From Octopus vulgaris (taxonomy: Eukaryota), in NCBI GenBank assembly GCA_951406725.2, contig OX597820.1, positions 72,540,001-72,604,000 of the forward strand: DNA of 64,000 nucleotides. Reading direction: 5' to 3'. How positions within the stretch are numbered: the first letter of the stretch is position 1; the number at the start of each line of letters is the position of its first letter. The position numbers were made by a program, and so were the translations under genes. This document shows, piece by piece, positions 39,283 to 50,169 of the stretch. The notes below the pieces were generated by a model, which saw only the letters and a list, made by a program, of their open reading frames with translations, was not told where the DNA came from and did not search any database.

Positions 39283-40290
39283 TTTTAGCAAGAAGCTACA
39301 TTTATTGGCCGGGACTTGACAAAGATATTGAATCTCTTGTGTAAATATGTCCAAAATGTGCAAAAGCCTCAAAAGTACCTATTCAAATAAGCATTCCTTA
39401 GTCAGTTACAAAAGCACCATGGTCTAGAGTACACATAGATTTTGCAGACCTCATAACGACAACTACTTTTACTTTATTATGGCTGATGCATTATCTAGAT
39501 GGTTGGAGGTCTTCATTATGAAAAACAACTTCAGCCACAATACAAAAGCTACATCAAGTTTTTTCAAGATTTGCGTTACCAGAAGTTTTAGTACTGGATA
39601 ACAGTTCATAATTTACTTCTCTAGAATTCACGACATTTTGTAAGAAAAATGGTATCAATCATATAAGAACTTCTCATATCATCCTCAATCCAATGGATTA
39701 GCAGAGAGATCCCTGGATACCCTTAAGTGCACGATGCTCAAAATTGAGGAGAGTGGTGAGTTAGAAGAAAATTTTCAACTCTTTTAATGACCTACAGAAT
39801 AACACTGAATTCTGCTGCACATAGGGCCAAAAACCCTGGCAGAAATAATGTTTCTGAGAAAAATTTGCAGTGTTTTTGATATGATGAAACTCAGAAATGC
39901 AAAACAATCACCAAAATTAACTGGTATACCAAAGTACAGACAGGGAGATCTAATATATGTTCTTGGTACTCGACTGAGTCATCCCAAGTGGCAAGACTGT
40001 CAGGTAATAAAGCAGAGAAGTAACATCGTATATGTGATATTAGTTGGATCTTTCACCTTAGTGCAACATGTTAACCAGTTAAGATGGAGGGGAGAGCTAT
40101 AAATACCATTATTTATAAATGAAAATCAAGGAAATATGAAAATTCTAAATATTCAAACTCAATTAGAAACTACTTTGTGAAATTTAAGAAGGTCCAATCG
40201 AAATAGAAAACTGGCTGAACATATACAAGTAAACCCTCAAAATAAAATTTCTTCATATACCAAATATTCATCTTTTAATGAAAGTGGAGA
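39283..40290 (+). pseudogene. Ty3/Gypsy integrase relic ending in a polypurine tract
   Basis: LARSYIYWPGLDKDIESLV*ICPKC..PWSRVHIDFA..DALSRWLEV..FSRFALPEVLVLDN..FCKKNGINHIRT..HPQSNGLAER; PPT AAAGTGGAGA at 40281-90. Confidence 0.9.
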
Positions 40291-40837
40291 TGAGAAAACC
40301 CCAGTTGTCTCGACACAAAACATTATTTATTGTCATCCAATCCATAGACACAATTTGATCATTTGATGTTGATTATTTAAGCTTACATTGATTCATCCAA
40401 AGAAGAAACACATTATGGACATAGATATAAGCATAGGAGTGGCTGTGTGGTAAGTAGCTTGTTTACCAACCACATGGTTCCGGGTTCAGTCCCACTGCAT
40501 GACACCTTGGGCAAGTGTCTTCTACTATAGCCTCGGGTCAACCAAAGCCTTGTAAGTGGATTTGGTAGATGGAAACTGAAAGAAGCCCGTCATATATATG
40601 TATATATATATGTGTGTGTTTGTCCCCCAACATCGCTTGACAACTGATGCTGGTGTGTTTACGTCGCTGTAACTTAGCGATTCAGCAAAAGAAACCGATA
40701 GAATAAATACTAGGCTTACAAAGAATAAGTCCTGGGGACTAAAGGTGGTGCTCCAGCATGGCCACAGTCAAATGACTGAAACAAGTAAAAGAGTAACGAG
40801 TATACATCGACTCATCATTGTGGATTGGGTCTTTTCA
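40291..40837 (+). mobile_element. Gypsy 3' LTR (~180 bp net) interrupted by a SINE B (40430-40800)
   Basis: TG..CA ends with imperfect IR TGAGAAAACCC / GGGTCTTTTCA immediately after the PPT. Confidence 0.75.
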
Positions 40838-41065
40838 CCTTATCACACCTACTGTGGTACAGACGATGGTTCATTTTGCATCATGGGCAAATTGAAGTTA
40901 CAATCCACCATTTTGCACTTCAATTTTGAATTGGTGCAATGTTTGGTTTGTTTATTTTATAAAGTTATATTCTGAGTACAATATCATTTGTCTTACTTTA
41001 TAACAATTACGATGTTGGTGGTGACAATGTATGGGTTGATGGCAACAATAACCATCACCCTACAT

Positions 41066-41304
41066 CATGCATGGGTAATCTGCAGCCCTTGATATATTGC
41101 TGTGCAGCCCTTATCAAGTTACTAATTTCATATTAAAACAAATAAAATTTCATACTAAGATAAATAAAATTAAGAAAAACTGAAAAAAATTCTGTGTAAA
41201 ATGGGTAAGTAATATTTCATGCATATGTGTTTTATCATGCAGCCCTCTCCCACTTGGAAATAGTAAGATGTGGCCCCCAGTTGACAAAAAGTTGCCCATC
41301 CCTG
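41066..41304. mobile_element. hAT MITE
   Basis: TIR-like ends CATGCATGGGTAATCT / AGTTGCCCATCCCTG; exact 8-bp TSD CCCTACAT at 41058-65 and 41305-12. Confidence 0.85.
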
Positions 41305-41905
41305 CCCTACATAACGGTACTAATGGTGGTGGTGGTGGTGGTACTAGAAATGGTGACTATGTTGGTAATAATGATTAAATTTTTATGGAATCATTATAGC
41401 CAGATTGATCACTTTCTGGTGGAAAATAACAAATTTTCTCAGTTTCCAATAAACTTAGCTTCTTCCCATTTTTCAAATGCTGGTGAGAATAAAAAAATTG
41501 AGAAGAATTCTCGACCAGCCACGTTTTTTGTTCCTTTTTTGTACTCTCAGATTTTGAATATTGGACATTTATACTATTCTATGATGCATTCCTGGAAAAT
41601 AAAAATGATTAATCTCTCTAAAAATTATATCTGTTTACAGATGGAACTTCCAAGATAGAAACAGTCTTTCCTACCTGGTTTAATGTGAAGAAGATATTGC
41701 TTATGTGCAGGTAGTTTCAACACTAACAAGTAAATGGGAACCACCAGGTATATGCAAAATACTTGTAAGACATTTCAAGTTGCAAAAAATGCAGCCAGTG
41801 AGATGTTTAATACCATTAAAGAAAACTGGAGGCATCAATACCAGCCAGGAAGGACCATGCCATGGAAAAAAATAAGAAAGTTAATAGAAGACAACTATGA
41901 AGCTA

Positions 41906-42202
41906 CATTATTTACATTCGATGGATATTTGTCCTCATCTTGTTTGTTGTTAACATGTTTCGGCTGATATACCCTCCAGCCTTCTTCAGGTATCTTGGGG
42001 AAATTTTGAACCTGGGTTCTCATTCCTAAGGTATTTTTCGATGTTATTATTATTATTATTGTTATTGTTCAGGTCACTGCTTGGAATCGCGCTCTTAACC
42101 ACTATGCCATATGCCCATGGGTATATGGCGTAGTGCTTAAGAGCGCGGGCTAATAACCCCAAGATTCTGAGATCGATTCCAAGCAGTGACCTGAACAATA
42201 AC

Positions 42203-42234
<32 letters not shown>

Positions 42235-42429
42235 TAATGATAATGATAATAATAACATCGAAAAATACCATAGGAATGAGAACCCAGGTTCGAAATTTCC
42301 CCAAGACACCTGAAGAAGGCTGGAGGGTATATCAGCCAAAATATTGTGTTAATAACAAACAAGATAAGGACAAATATCCGTTGAATGTAAATAATGTACA
42401 TAATTCCTCATCTCTTAAATATAGAACTG
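41906..42429. mobile_element. tRNA-head/(AAT)n/hammerhead element, copy 2: complete head-to-head palindrome with 13-bp TSD
   Basis: TSD AACTATGAAGCTA at 41893-905 and 42430-442; centre TATGCCCATGGGTATA; hammerhead cores in both arms. Confidence 0.9.
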
Positions 42430-43679
42430 AACTATGAAGCTATTGATGATGATAATGGGGAGGAGAAAAAAGAGGATTTGATGTAGAAAGGGAATGATAT
42501 CATTAATGAATATAAGATATTGCAAACGATGATAATGAATGCTATTATGATAATTGGAAACTGCTCTTAATAATGTTGTGAGTGTTATACACACAACACA
42601 TAAGTAAAATGAAATCAAATATATTGTTTCATCATGCTATGTTATTCTAGCAAAACTGTTCAATGAAATAAAAATGCACATCAGTTACAAAAATCAATAG
42701 TTGTTGGTTTGTTTCTGCATTTTATGTCAGAAATCATTTATTGAAGAATTTAACATAAAACTTGTGTTAATTTTTTTTTTTCTTTCTTTCTTTCTTTCTT
42801 TCAAAAATACTAAAGTTTAGTTTTGAAAGAAGGGAAAGAAATCAAATTTAAAACAAAAAGTAAGCTGAGTGCATGTCAATATATATTAAGGCATAAAACT
42901 TGGTGTTCTGTAATTTAACTTGAAGTAGTTTCAGCTTAAATCTAAAATTCAAATTTAAGAACCTTAAAAAAATATGATTTATATTTGTTATTATAACAAT
43001 TTCCAAATTTATTGCTGTTTTAAGATTTGAAGGAAAAGGCAAAATAGAAAAGGAATGTATAGGCTTCTTCATCAAAACTGGCAAAATTGGCCGATAGCTA
43101 AATGACAATACAAACAACTAATTATTATAGTCAATAATTTTTTAAAACTATTTTATATTCTCTAATGACTATAAGCTAAGATTTTTTTCTCTTCATCTAA
43201 ATGATATTATTGTCTACAGCAATTAATTTGAAAGGCTACTTCAGACAATATAAAGAGCTTTTGTATTTCAAATGTATTGTATATTGAAATAGCACTATTG
43301 TTGTTTTAGAATTAAGAAGAGTGTTGCTACAGAAGAATGAATAAAAGTATTTCAACTTTAACTCAAAGTCAATGTCATAAAACTTTATTAGAAATTCCTT
43401 AAACGATGACTGAGCAATTCTTTAAACAGTTTTATTAGTTTATACGAATAACAGGTTCCAGAACTAATGATTATTTACTGGTGAAAGCATCATAAGAATC
43501 TCGGATCATGGTTCCAGTTACGATTCGACAGCATGGCACTTTGGAGAAAGTTTCTTTTACTGTAGCCTCGACTTAACCAATGCCTTGTGAGTGAAATTTT
43601 CCTAACAATAATGTCAGAAAACAATGGAAAATTAATATATTTGTGTGTATGTGTGTGTATATACACACACACACACATA

Positions 43680-43791
43680 TGTATTAGTTTAATGCTTGGG
43701 AAGTGAAAAAGTCCTTAACGTTTCGAGCCTATGCTCTTACACAGAAAGAAACAAGGAAAGAAAATAAAGAATGTGTAGTGGCTAGCGATCT

Positions 43792-43800
<9 letters not shown>
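43680..43800 (-). mobile_element. Penelope-type fragment with a variant hammerhead-like motif (43713-43748)
   Basis: Reverse complement CTTT-CTGTGTAA-GAGC-ATAG-GCTC-GAAAC-GTT-AAGG. Confidence 0.45.
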
Positions 43801-43828
<28 letters not shown>

Positions 43829-43835
43829 CATAATG

Positions 43836-44178
43836 TGAAGGCGCATGGCTCAGTGGTTAGAGCGTCGAGCTTACGATTGTGAGGTTGTGAGCTCGAATCC
43901 CGGACCGGGCTGCGTGTTGTGTTCTTGAGCAAGGCACTTTATTTCACGTTGCTCCAGTTCACTCAGCTGTAGAAATGATTTGCGACGTCACTGGTGCCAA
44001 GCTGTATCGACGTTTGTCTTTCCCTTGGATAACACTGGTGGTGTGGAGAGGGGAGGCTGGTATGCATGGGCAACAGCTGGTCTTCCATAAACAACCTTGC
44101 CCGGACTTGTGTCTAGGAGGGTAACTTTCTAGGTGCAATCCCATGGTCATTCATGACCGAAGGGGGTCTTTACCCTTT
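43836..44178 (+). mobile_element. SINE family C, full length and young
   Basis: GGCGCATGGCTCAGTGGTTAGAGCGTCG..GAGCTCGAATCCC; flanking repeat TAGTCATAAT on both sides. Confidence 0.9.
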
Positions 44179-44465
44179 AGTCATAATAAGAATAATCCTT
44201 GGATGGAATTTATAAATATTTTAATGCACTGCTATGTGTGTTTCCACAAATCAAATGTCTCTCAACTTCATAGTCCATATTCCTGAGATACAGACTGTGA
44301 TCTTATTACTATATTTATCCTACATTACATTGGTACAGCTTGATGCAACCCCCAAAAACTGGTCCTCCAATCAGCTTCATTAGACTGTGGTTGTCATAAT
44401 GGGATAGCTTTATTTGCATGTTCAAAATGTTTCATGTAAACAAATTTAAAAGATATATATACACA

Positions 44466-44735
44466 CACAAGGTGCAAAGGGGTAAATTGTTGCCATTTTG
44501 TATTTTTAATTTCATGCATATGTATTGTTTGTTTTTTATTTTGTCGACGACACAGTAAAGTAAGGTCAGTTGGGCACTGTCTGTGAGAAAAACAGCACTA
44601 CAACACAATTCACTCTGCCAGAAATTTGGAAATGACATGTTATACTGCTTGACATTCATGCCGGCTCCAATATGAACATTTCAGAGTGTTTGGGTGTTAA
44701 TCTGAGGAGAGTGCAATCTGAGGATATGTACCGAG
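44466..44735 (+). mobile_element. Tc1/maT-like element 5' fragment
   Basis: CAAGGTGC..GGTAAATTGT terminus resembles the 15843 TIR. Confidence 0.45.
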
Positions 44736-45129
44736 AGTGACAAAAATCAAACATACAGTCAACATCATGACACTAGCATCAGCCATGAGTACAACTTCAC
44801 TTGGCTTGATGGGTCTTCTCAAGCACAGCATACTGCCAAAGGTCTCAGTAACTAGTCATTGCCTCTGTGAGGCTCAAAGTTTGAAGATCATGCTTCACCA
44901 CTTCGTCCTAGGTCTTTCTGGGTCTACCTCTACCACAAGTTCCCTTCACAGTTAGAGGTTGGCACTTCTTTACACACCTGGCCTTGTCCATACACATCAC
45001 ATGACCATACCAACACAGTCATCTCTCTGGCACACCATATGTGATGCCTCTTATGTCTAAGTTCTGTCTGAAGATGCTTACACTGACATTGCACATTTCT
45101 TTGTGTGTATATGTATATATATAAATATA

Positions 45130-45350
45130 ATCATCATCATCATCATCATTTAACGTCTGCTTTCCATGCTAGCATGGGTTGGATGGTGCAACTGGGGTCT
45201 GGGAAGCCAGAAGGCTGCACCAGGCCCAGTCTGATCTGGCAGTGTTTCTACAGCTGGATGCCCTTCCTAACGCCAACCACTCTGTGAGTGTAGTGGGTAC
45301 TTTTTATGTGCCACTGGCACAGGTGCCAGACGAGGATGGCAAACGGCCAC
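45130..45350 (-). mobile_element. SINE-like family D
   Basis: Near-identical to 14700-14920. Confidence 0.85.
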
Positions 45351-45384
45351 CAGCACGAAGACAACAAGAGAATGAAAGAGACCT

Positions 45385-45540
45385 CTATATTATGTAAATA
45401 GAGGAATTTATCTGTAAATGTAATATGTGACAATTATTCGGTAGCCATGTTAAGATGGTGGCATGGATTCCACCCCGACATCCAAAACTCAGAGGTTTAT
45501 CATGGCTACCAAATAATTGTGACATATTACATTTACAGAT
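45385..45540. repeat. 40-bp inverted repeat (45410-45449 / 45501-45540) with a one-sided tail, next to (TA)n
   Basis: ATCTGTAAATGTAATATGTGACAATTATTCGGTAGCCATG / CATGGCTACCAAATAATTGTGACATATTACATTTACAGAT. Confidence 0.9.
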
Positions 45541-45543
45541 ATA

Positions 45544-45585
<42 letters not shown>

Positions 45586-45840
45586 GAAAGTAATAAGAAA
45601 AATAAGCAAAAATGCACATTGGAAATCAAAAAGAGTAAAGGCTTTTTATGAAAAGTAACGATTAGGTGAACTGAGATAGGAATAAAAGTAATAAAAGTCA
45701 TTATTGTGAATTGTTAAAGAGATTCAAAAGCAAAGCATACCGATTTCATGAATTTACTAATCATTGCTTTGAATGCACATTGATTAATGAATGGTATCAG
45801 GTCTACTAGTCCCTATATATGTATATATATATGTGAGAGT

Positions 45841-46994
45841 ATAATTAAACATAGGCCATCGAACAAACATTAAAATGAGCTAACGACTTTATATATGGAA
45901 GCAAACCTCCAATGTACATCATATATAAATGAATATTACCATGGGTTTCATAATATATAAATCAAAATATAAAATATATAAGACATATAAATACAGAAAA
46001 TCACCAAGATCTTGTATATGTGTCCTATCTCTCTTTTCATCCTGACGAGGGTGGGGTCCATTGCTGTGATATGCATCAATTGCAATCTATGGTGATGTGC
46101 TCCTCAAATGGCCATAGATGATGTGTTTAATTTAATTGGTGAATCCTTACTCTTGAATTATTATATTCTGTGTGGACATATTTTTTGATTCGGAAAAAAA
46201 GAAAAATTACTCATGGATTATTACCTTTGGTGTGAGTGAAGTAACTATAACTTTTTAGTTGATTTATTCATTATTTGATTGCCTGCTTTCTCAACTTTTT
46301 CAGCACGACTTATTTTTAGTATTTTAAAGTGTTTATAAATTTTTAGTCGTTTTTTGATGGGACGTTCCTATACTTGTTTTTTTTATTTATTTTGCATAGG
46401 CGTAGGAGTGGCTGTGTAGTAAGTAGCTTTTTTACAAACCACATGGTTCCAAGTTCAGTCCCACTGTGTGGCACCTTGGGCAAGTGTCTTCTACTATAGC
46501 CTCAGGCCGACCAAAGCCTTGTAAGTGGATTTATTAGATGGAAACTGAAAGAAGCCCATTGTATATATGTATATGTGTTAATGTTTGTGTGTCTGTGTTT
46601 GTTTGTCCCCACCAACAACGCTTGACAACTGATGCTGGTGTGTCTACATCCCTATAACTTAGCGGTTTGGCAAAAGAGACCAATAGAATAAGTACTAGGC
46701 TTACAAAGAATAAGTCCTGGAGTCGATTTGCTCGACTGAAAAGGCGGCGCTCCAGCATGGCCACAGTCAAATGACTGAAACAAGTAAAAGAGTAAAGAGT
46801 ATATATATATATATATATTTTTTTACCTTGGTGGTTTTCTGTATTTGTATGTCTTATATATTTTGGTTTTTGATTTATATATTATGAAAGCCATGGTAAT
46901 ATTTATTTGTATATGATGTATGATGGAGGTTTGATGCCACATATAAAGTTTTTAATTCATTTTAATGTTTGTTTTATGACCTATGTTTAATTAT
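45841..46994. mobile_element. Penelope-like fold-back: ~165-bp inverted arms (45841-46008 / 46826-46994) with a decayed hammerhead (46038-46120) and a nested SINE B (46397-46800)
   Basis: Arms align as reverse complements; CATC-CTGACGAG..CAAATGGCCATA-GATG. Confidence 0.7.
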
Positions 46995-47081
46995 CATTGC
47001 CTCATTTATTTGAGCACATCTTTTTTGCAGTCCTATTAATTCTTTATCTCTTTTGAAAGAAACAATAGTCATTTCTAGATG

Positions 47082-47122
<41 letters not shown>

Positions 47123-47129
47123 CATATAA

Positions 47130-47715
47130 AAAAACACCCACTACACTCTCGGAGTGGTTGGCATTAGGAAAAGCATTCAACTGTAAAAACATTGCCAGGT
47201 CAGATTGGAGCCTGGGGAAGCCGTTGGGTTTCCAGACCTCAGTCAAACCATCCAACCCACACCAGCATGGAAAGCGGACGTTAAACGACGATGATAATGA
47301 TGAATGACATACAACAGACTTCTTTCAGTTTCTTATTTCTTTATTGCCCACAAGGGGCTAAACATAGAGGGGACAAACAAGGACAGACAAAGGGGTTAAG
47401 TCATTTACATCGACCCCAGTGTGTAACTGATACTTAATTTATCGACACCCCGAAAGGATGAAAGGCAAAGTTGACCTCGGCGGAATTTGAACTCAGAACG
47501 TAATGGCAGACGAAATACCACTATGCATTTCACCTGGCGCTAACGTTTCTGCCAGCTCGCCGCCTTTCAGTTTCTGTCTGCCAATTGCATTCACAAGGCT
47601 TTGGTCGGCTTGAGGCTTTAGTAGAGGACACTTTCCCAAGGTGCCATACCATCAGACTGAACCCAGAACCATGAGGTTGGGAAGCAAACTTTTTAGCACA
47701 TAGCCACACCTGCAT
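47130..47715. mobile_element. SINE cluster: D (plus, 47130-47305), A (minus, 47333-47565) nested in B (minus)
   Basis: CTTTCAGTTTCT duplicated on both sides of the A copy. Confidence 0.8.
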
Positions 47716-48242
47716 ATTCAGGAAAAATGTTTTTATTGCATCAAAGTCTGTCCAGCTTCACATGTAGGGCCCAGGTTGTTTGAAAAGAGTGCATCATATA
47801 TGCCAATACAAAGTCTATATATTTATTTCTCATTCAACATTTGCATTTGTCTATTTCTGTTCAATACTAGGTTTGTCTTTATAAGAAAAGACATTTAGTA
47901 TTTTTTATCATTATTTATATTCATCAATATTGTCATCACTGTCATTGTAGCATTCATTTTTCTATGTTTGCATGAGCTTGATGCTATTCACAGAGGCAGA
48001 TTTTCAGCAGCTGGATGCCCTTCCTATTGCCAACCTTGGCTAAGTAATATTTCCCCATGGCCCAGCATATTTGTACAGATGATTGGAAACAAAAGGCACT
48101 GCTTCTATGATGGTGACACTCATTTATAAGTATCACACGCACATATATAAGTATATATGCATATATATATATATATATTCTTTTATTCATTTCAGTCATG
48201 CAGCTGCAGTCATGCTGGAGCATATATGTATCTATATATCAA

Positions 48243-48272
48243 AATAAGCAACAGGATATCCTGTTGCTTATT
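48243..48272. repeat. Perfect 30-bp palindrome AATAAGCAACAGGATATCCTGTTGCTTATT
   Basis: Self-complementary; extends to 48238-48277 with one mismatch. Confidence 0.95.
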
Positions 48273-48706
48273 CTGATTTTAATCACCTTACTTTGAAACT
48301 GTATGGATAATACCGTACTAAATTCTGGTACCTCAACTTAAGTACTTAATTCATCTGAATCTAAATTTTTGTTTATGTATGTATATATATATATTCACAC
48401 ACCTCTGGTAGTGCAAAGCACTTGTGGTGGTTCCACATAAATGCACCCGTGCAGTGTCATGCAAAAGTTTCCACCACACTCCGTAAAGTGGTTGGCAAAA
48501 GGAAGGGCATCCAGCCATAGAAACCATGCCAAATCAGACTGGAGTTAGGTGCAGTTCCTCAGCTTGCCAGCTTCTGTCAAAACGTCCAACCCATGCCAGC
48601 ATGGACTATGGACATTAAGTGATGATGATGATGATATATAGGAAGTGGTGTCAAAGAGTTCCTGGACTGGTAATGTTTCATAAAAAACAACTTATTTACC
48701 TAAGAC

Positions 48707-48860
48707 AAGAAAACCCCAGATGTCTCGACACAAAACATTGTTTATTGTTATCCAATCCATAGACACGATTTGATCATGTGATGCTGATTATTTAAGCTTA
48801 CATTGTGATTCATCCAGAGAAAAAACACATTATGGACATAGATATACATTGACTCATCAT
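48707..48860 (+). mobile_element. Partial Gypsy LTR copy inside the mariner
   Basis: Matches 40293-40429 joined to 40801-40819. Confidence 0.85.
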
Positions 48861-49411
48861 TCCTGCCACCTTTGGAATCCAGCCTGGAAGCCGGTCTCCG
48901 TAAGTGAATCAAGGACCTTCTGCAATTCGCTCTGGATCTTGGCAATGGTATTAAAATGGCAAGCTTTGAGATGCATTTTCATCTTGGGGAAAAGATGGAT
49001 GTCTGCAGATGCTAAATCTAGTGAAGAGGGCAGGAGCAAAAGTAATACCTTGTTGTTTTTGATGAGAAACTCACAACTGAAGAGAGCTTGATGACAGGGT
49101 GCATTGTTATCATGAAGAATCTAATTCTTCGTGCTCCACAGATCCAATTGCTTTCATCGCATCTCCTTCAAATATTGCAGTAGAACTCTTAATTGACAGA
49201 CTGGCTCTAGAGGACAAATTCTTAACAATGCATAATACTATATTTCATGGCAGGTCTCCCAGAGACTTCCTTCCACTTTTGAAGCATCCGTGCCACTCAA
49301 AACATTGCATACAACCCATTGCTTCATCGCTATAAATGGTGGTGCTCAATGCCAAAGCATGTTCAATGTTTCTGTAGCAGACTTTCCAAGTTTAACATAG
49401 AATTTCACATT

Positions 49412-49548
49412 ATTTACATTTGACGGATATTTGTCCTCATCTTGTTTGTTGTTATCACAATATTTCAGCTGATATACTCTCCAACCTTTATCAGGTGTCT
49501 TGGAGAAATTTTGAAATTGGGTTTTCATTCCTAAGGTATTTTTCGATG

Positions 49549-49590
<42 letters not shown>

Positions 49591-49714
49591 CAGTCACTAC
49601 CTGGAATTGAACTTAGAATCTTGGGGCTAGTACTTGTGCTCTTAACCACTAAGCCACGGGCATATGGCGTAGTGGTTAAGAGCGTGGGCTTCTAACCTCA
49701 AGAATCTGAGTTTG
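49412..49714. mobile_element. tRNA-head/(AAT)n/hammerhead element, copy 3: full minus arm plus ~58-bp inverted head, 15-bp TSD
   Basis: TSD ATAGAATTTCACATT at 49397-411 and 49715-729. Confidence 0.9.
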
Positions 49715-49954
49715 ATAGAATTTCACATTGTTTCTTTGTTCCGCTCCATGACAAAAATTGCAGACTACCGCGTACACGTGATCACAAAAACACAAATTTC
49801 ATAACTTGTGAAGTAAACACAGTGATATCACTTGGCACACCGCCTCAAGAAGGTTACTGCTCACTCTCACAGAGCACACAACTGTGTACTGCCATCTGTT
49901 GGCATGCTACAGAACTAGTCTGGGAAACTGTTTGATACCACCTCATACACAATA

Positions 49955-50169
49955 TACAGGGTGTCCATAAATTCTCTTAACAGCTTCCGCTATTTTTTGT
50001 AGCTATTTATTGCATGGAACCAACTGAACAAACAAGGAAGTCTGCTGAAGTTTCTAATAAAACTTTATTTTTTTGCCTATGTTTTCCAATAAACTCTGCT
50101 GAGTTACTCCTTATTTTTAATTTTTTATGAATGTTTTAAATTGTAAAGATAATTTATGGACACCACGTA
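49955..50169. mobile_element. Tc1/mariner-type MITE
   Basis: TA-CAGGGTGTCCATAAATTCTCTTAACA / TGTAAAGATAATTTATGGACACCACG-TA. Confidence 0.85.

Larger units (their letters stand above)
48639..49947 (-). mobile_element. Second mariner relic of the same family, with nested insertions
   Basis: TIRs ..GTGTCAAAGAGTTCCTGGACTGGT / AACTAGTCTGGGAAACTGTTTGATACCACCTCA; ORF 48857..49039 SLDLASADIHLFPKMKMHLK..FQRWQE. Confidence 0.85.

Noticed and set aside
43840-43912. Bona fide tRNA genes (also 3050, 42122, 60709)
   Set aside because: They continue directly into SINE bodies, have imperfect acceptor stems and lack an oligo-T terminator
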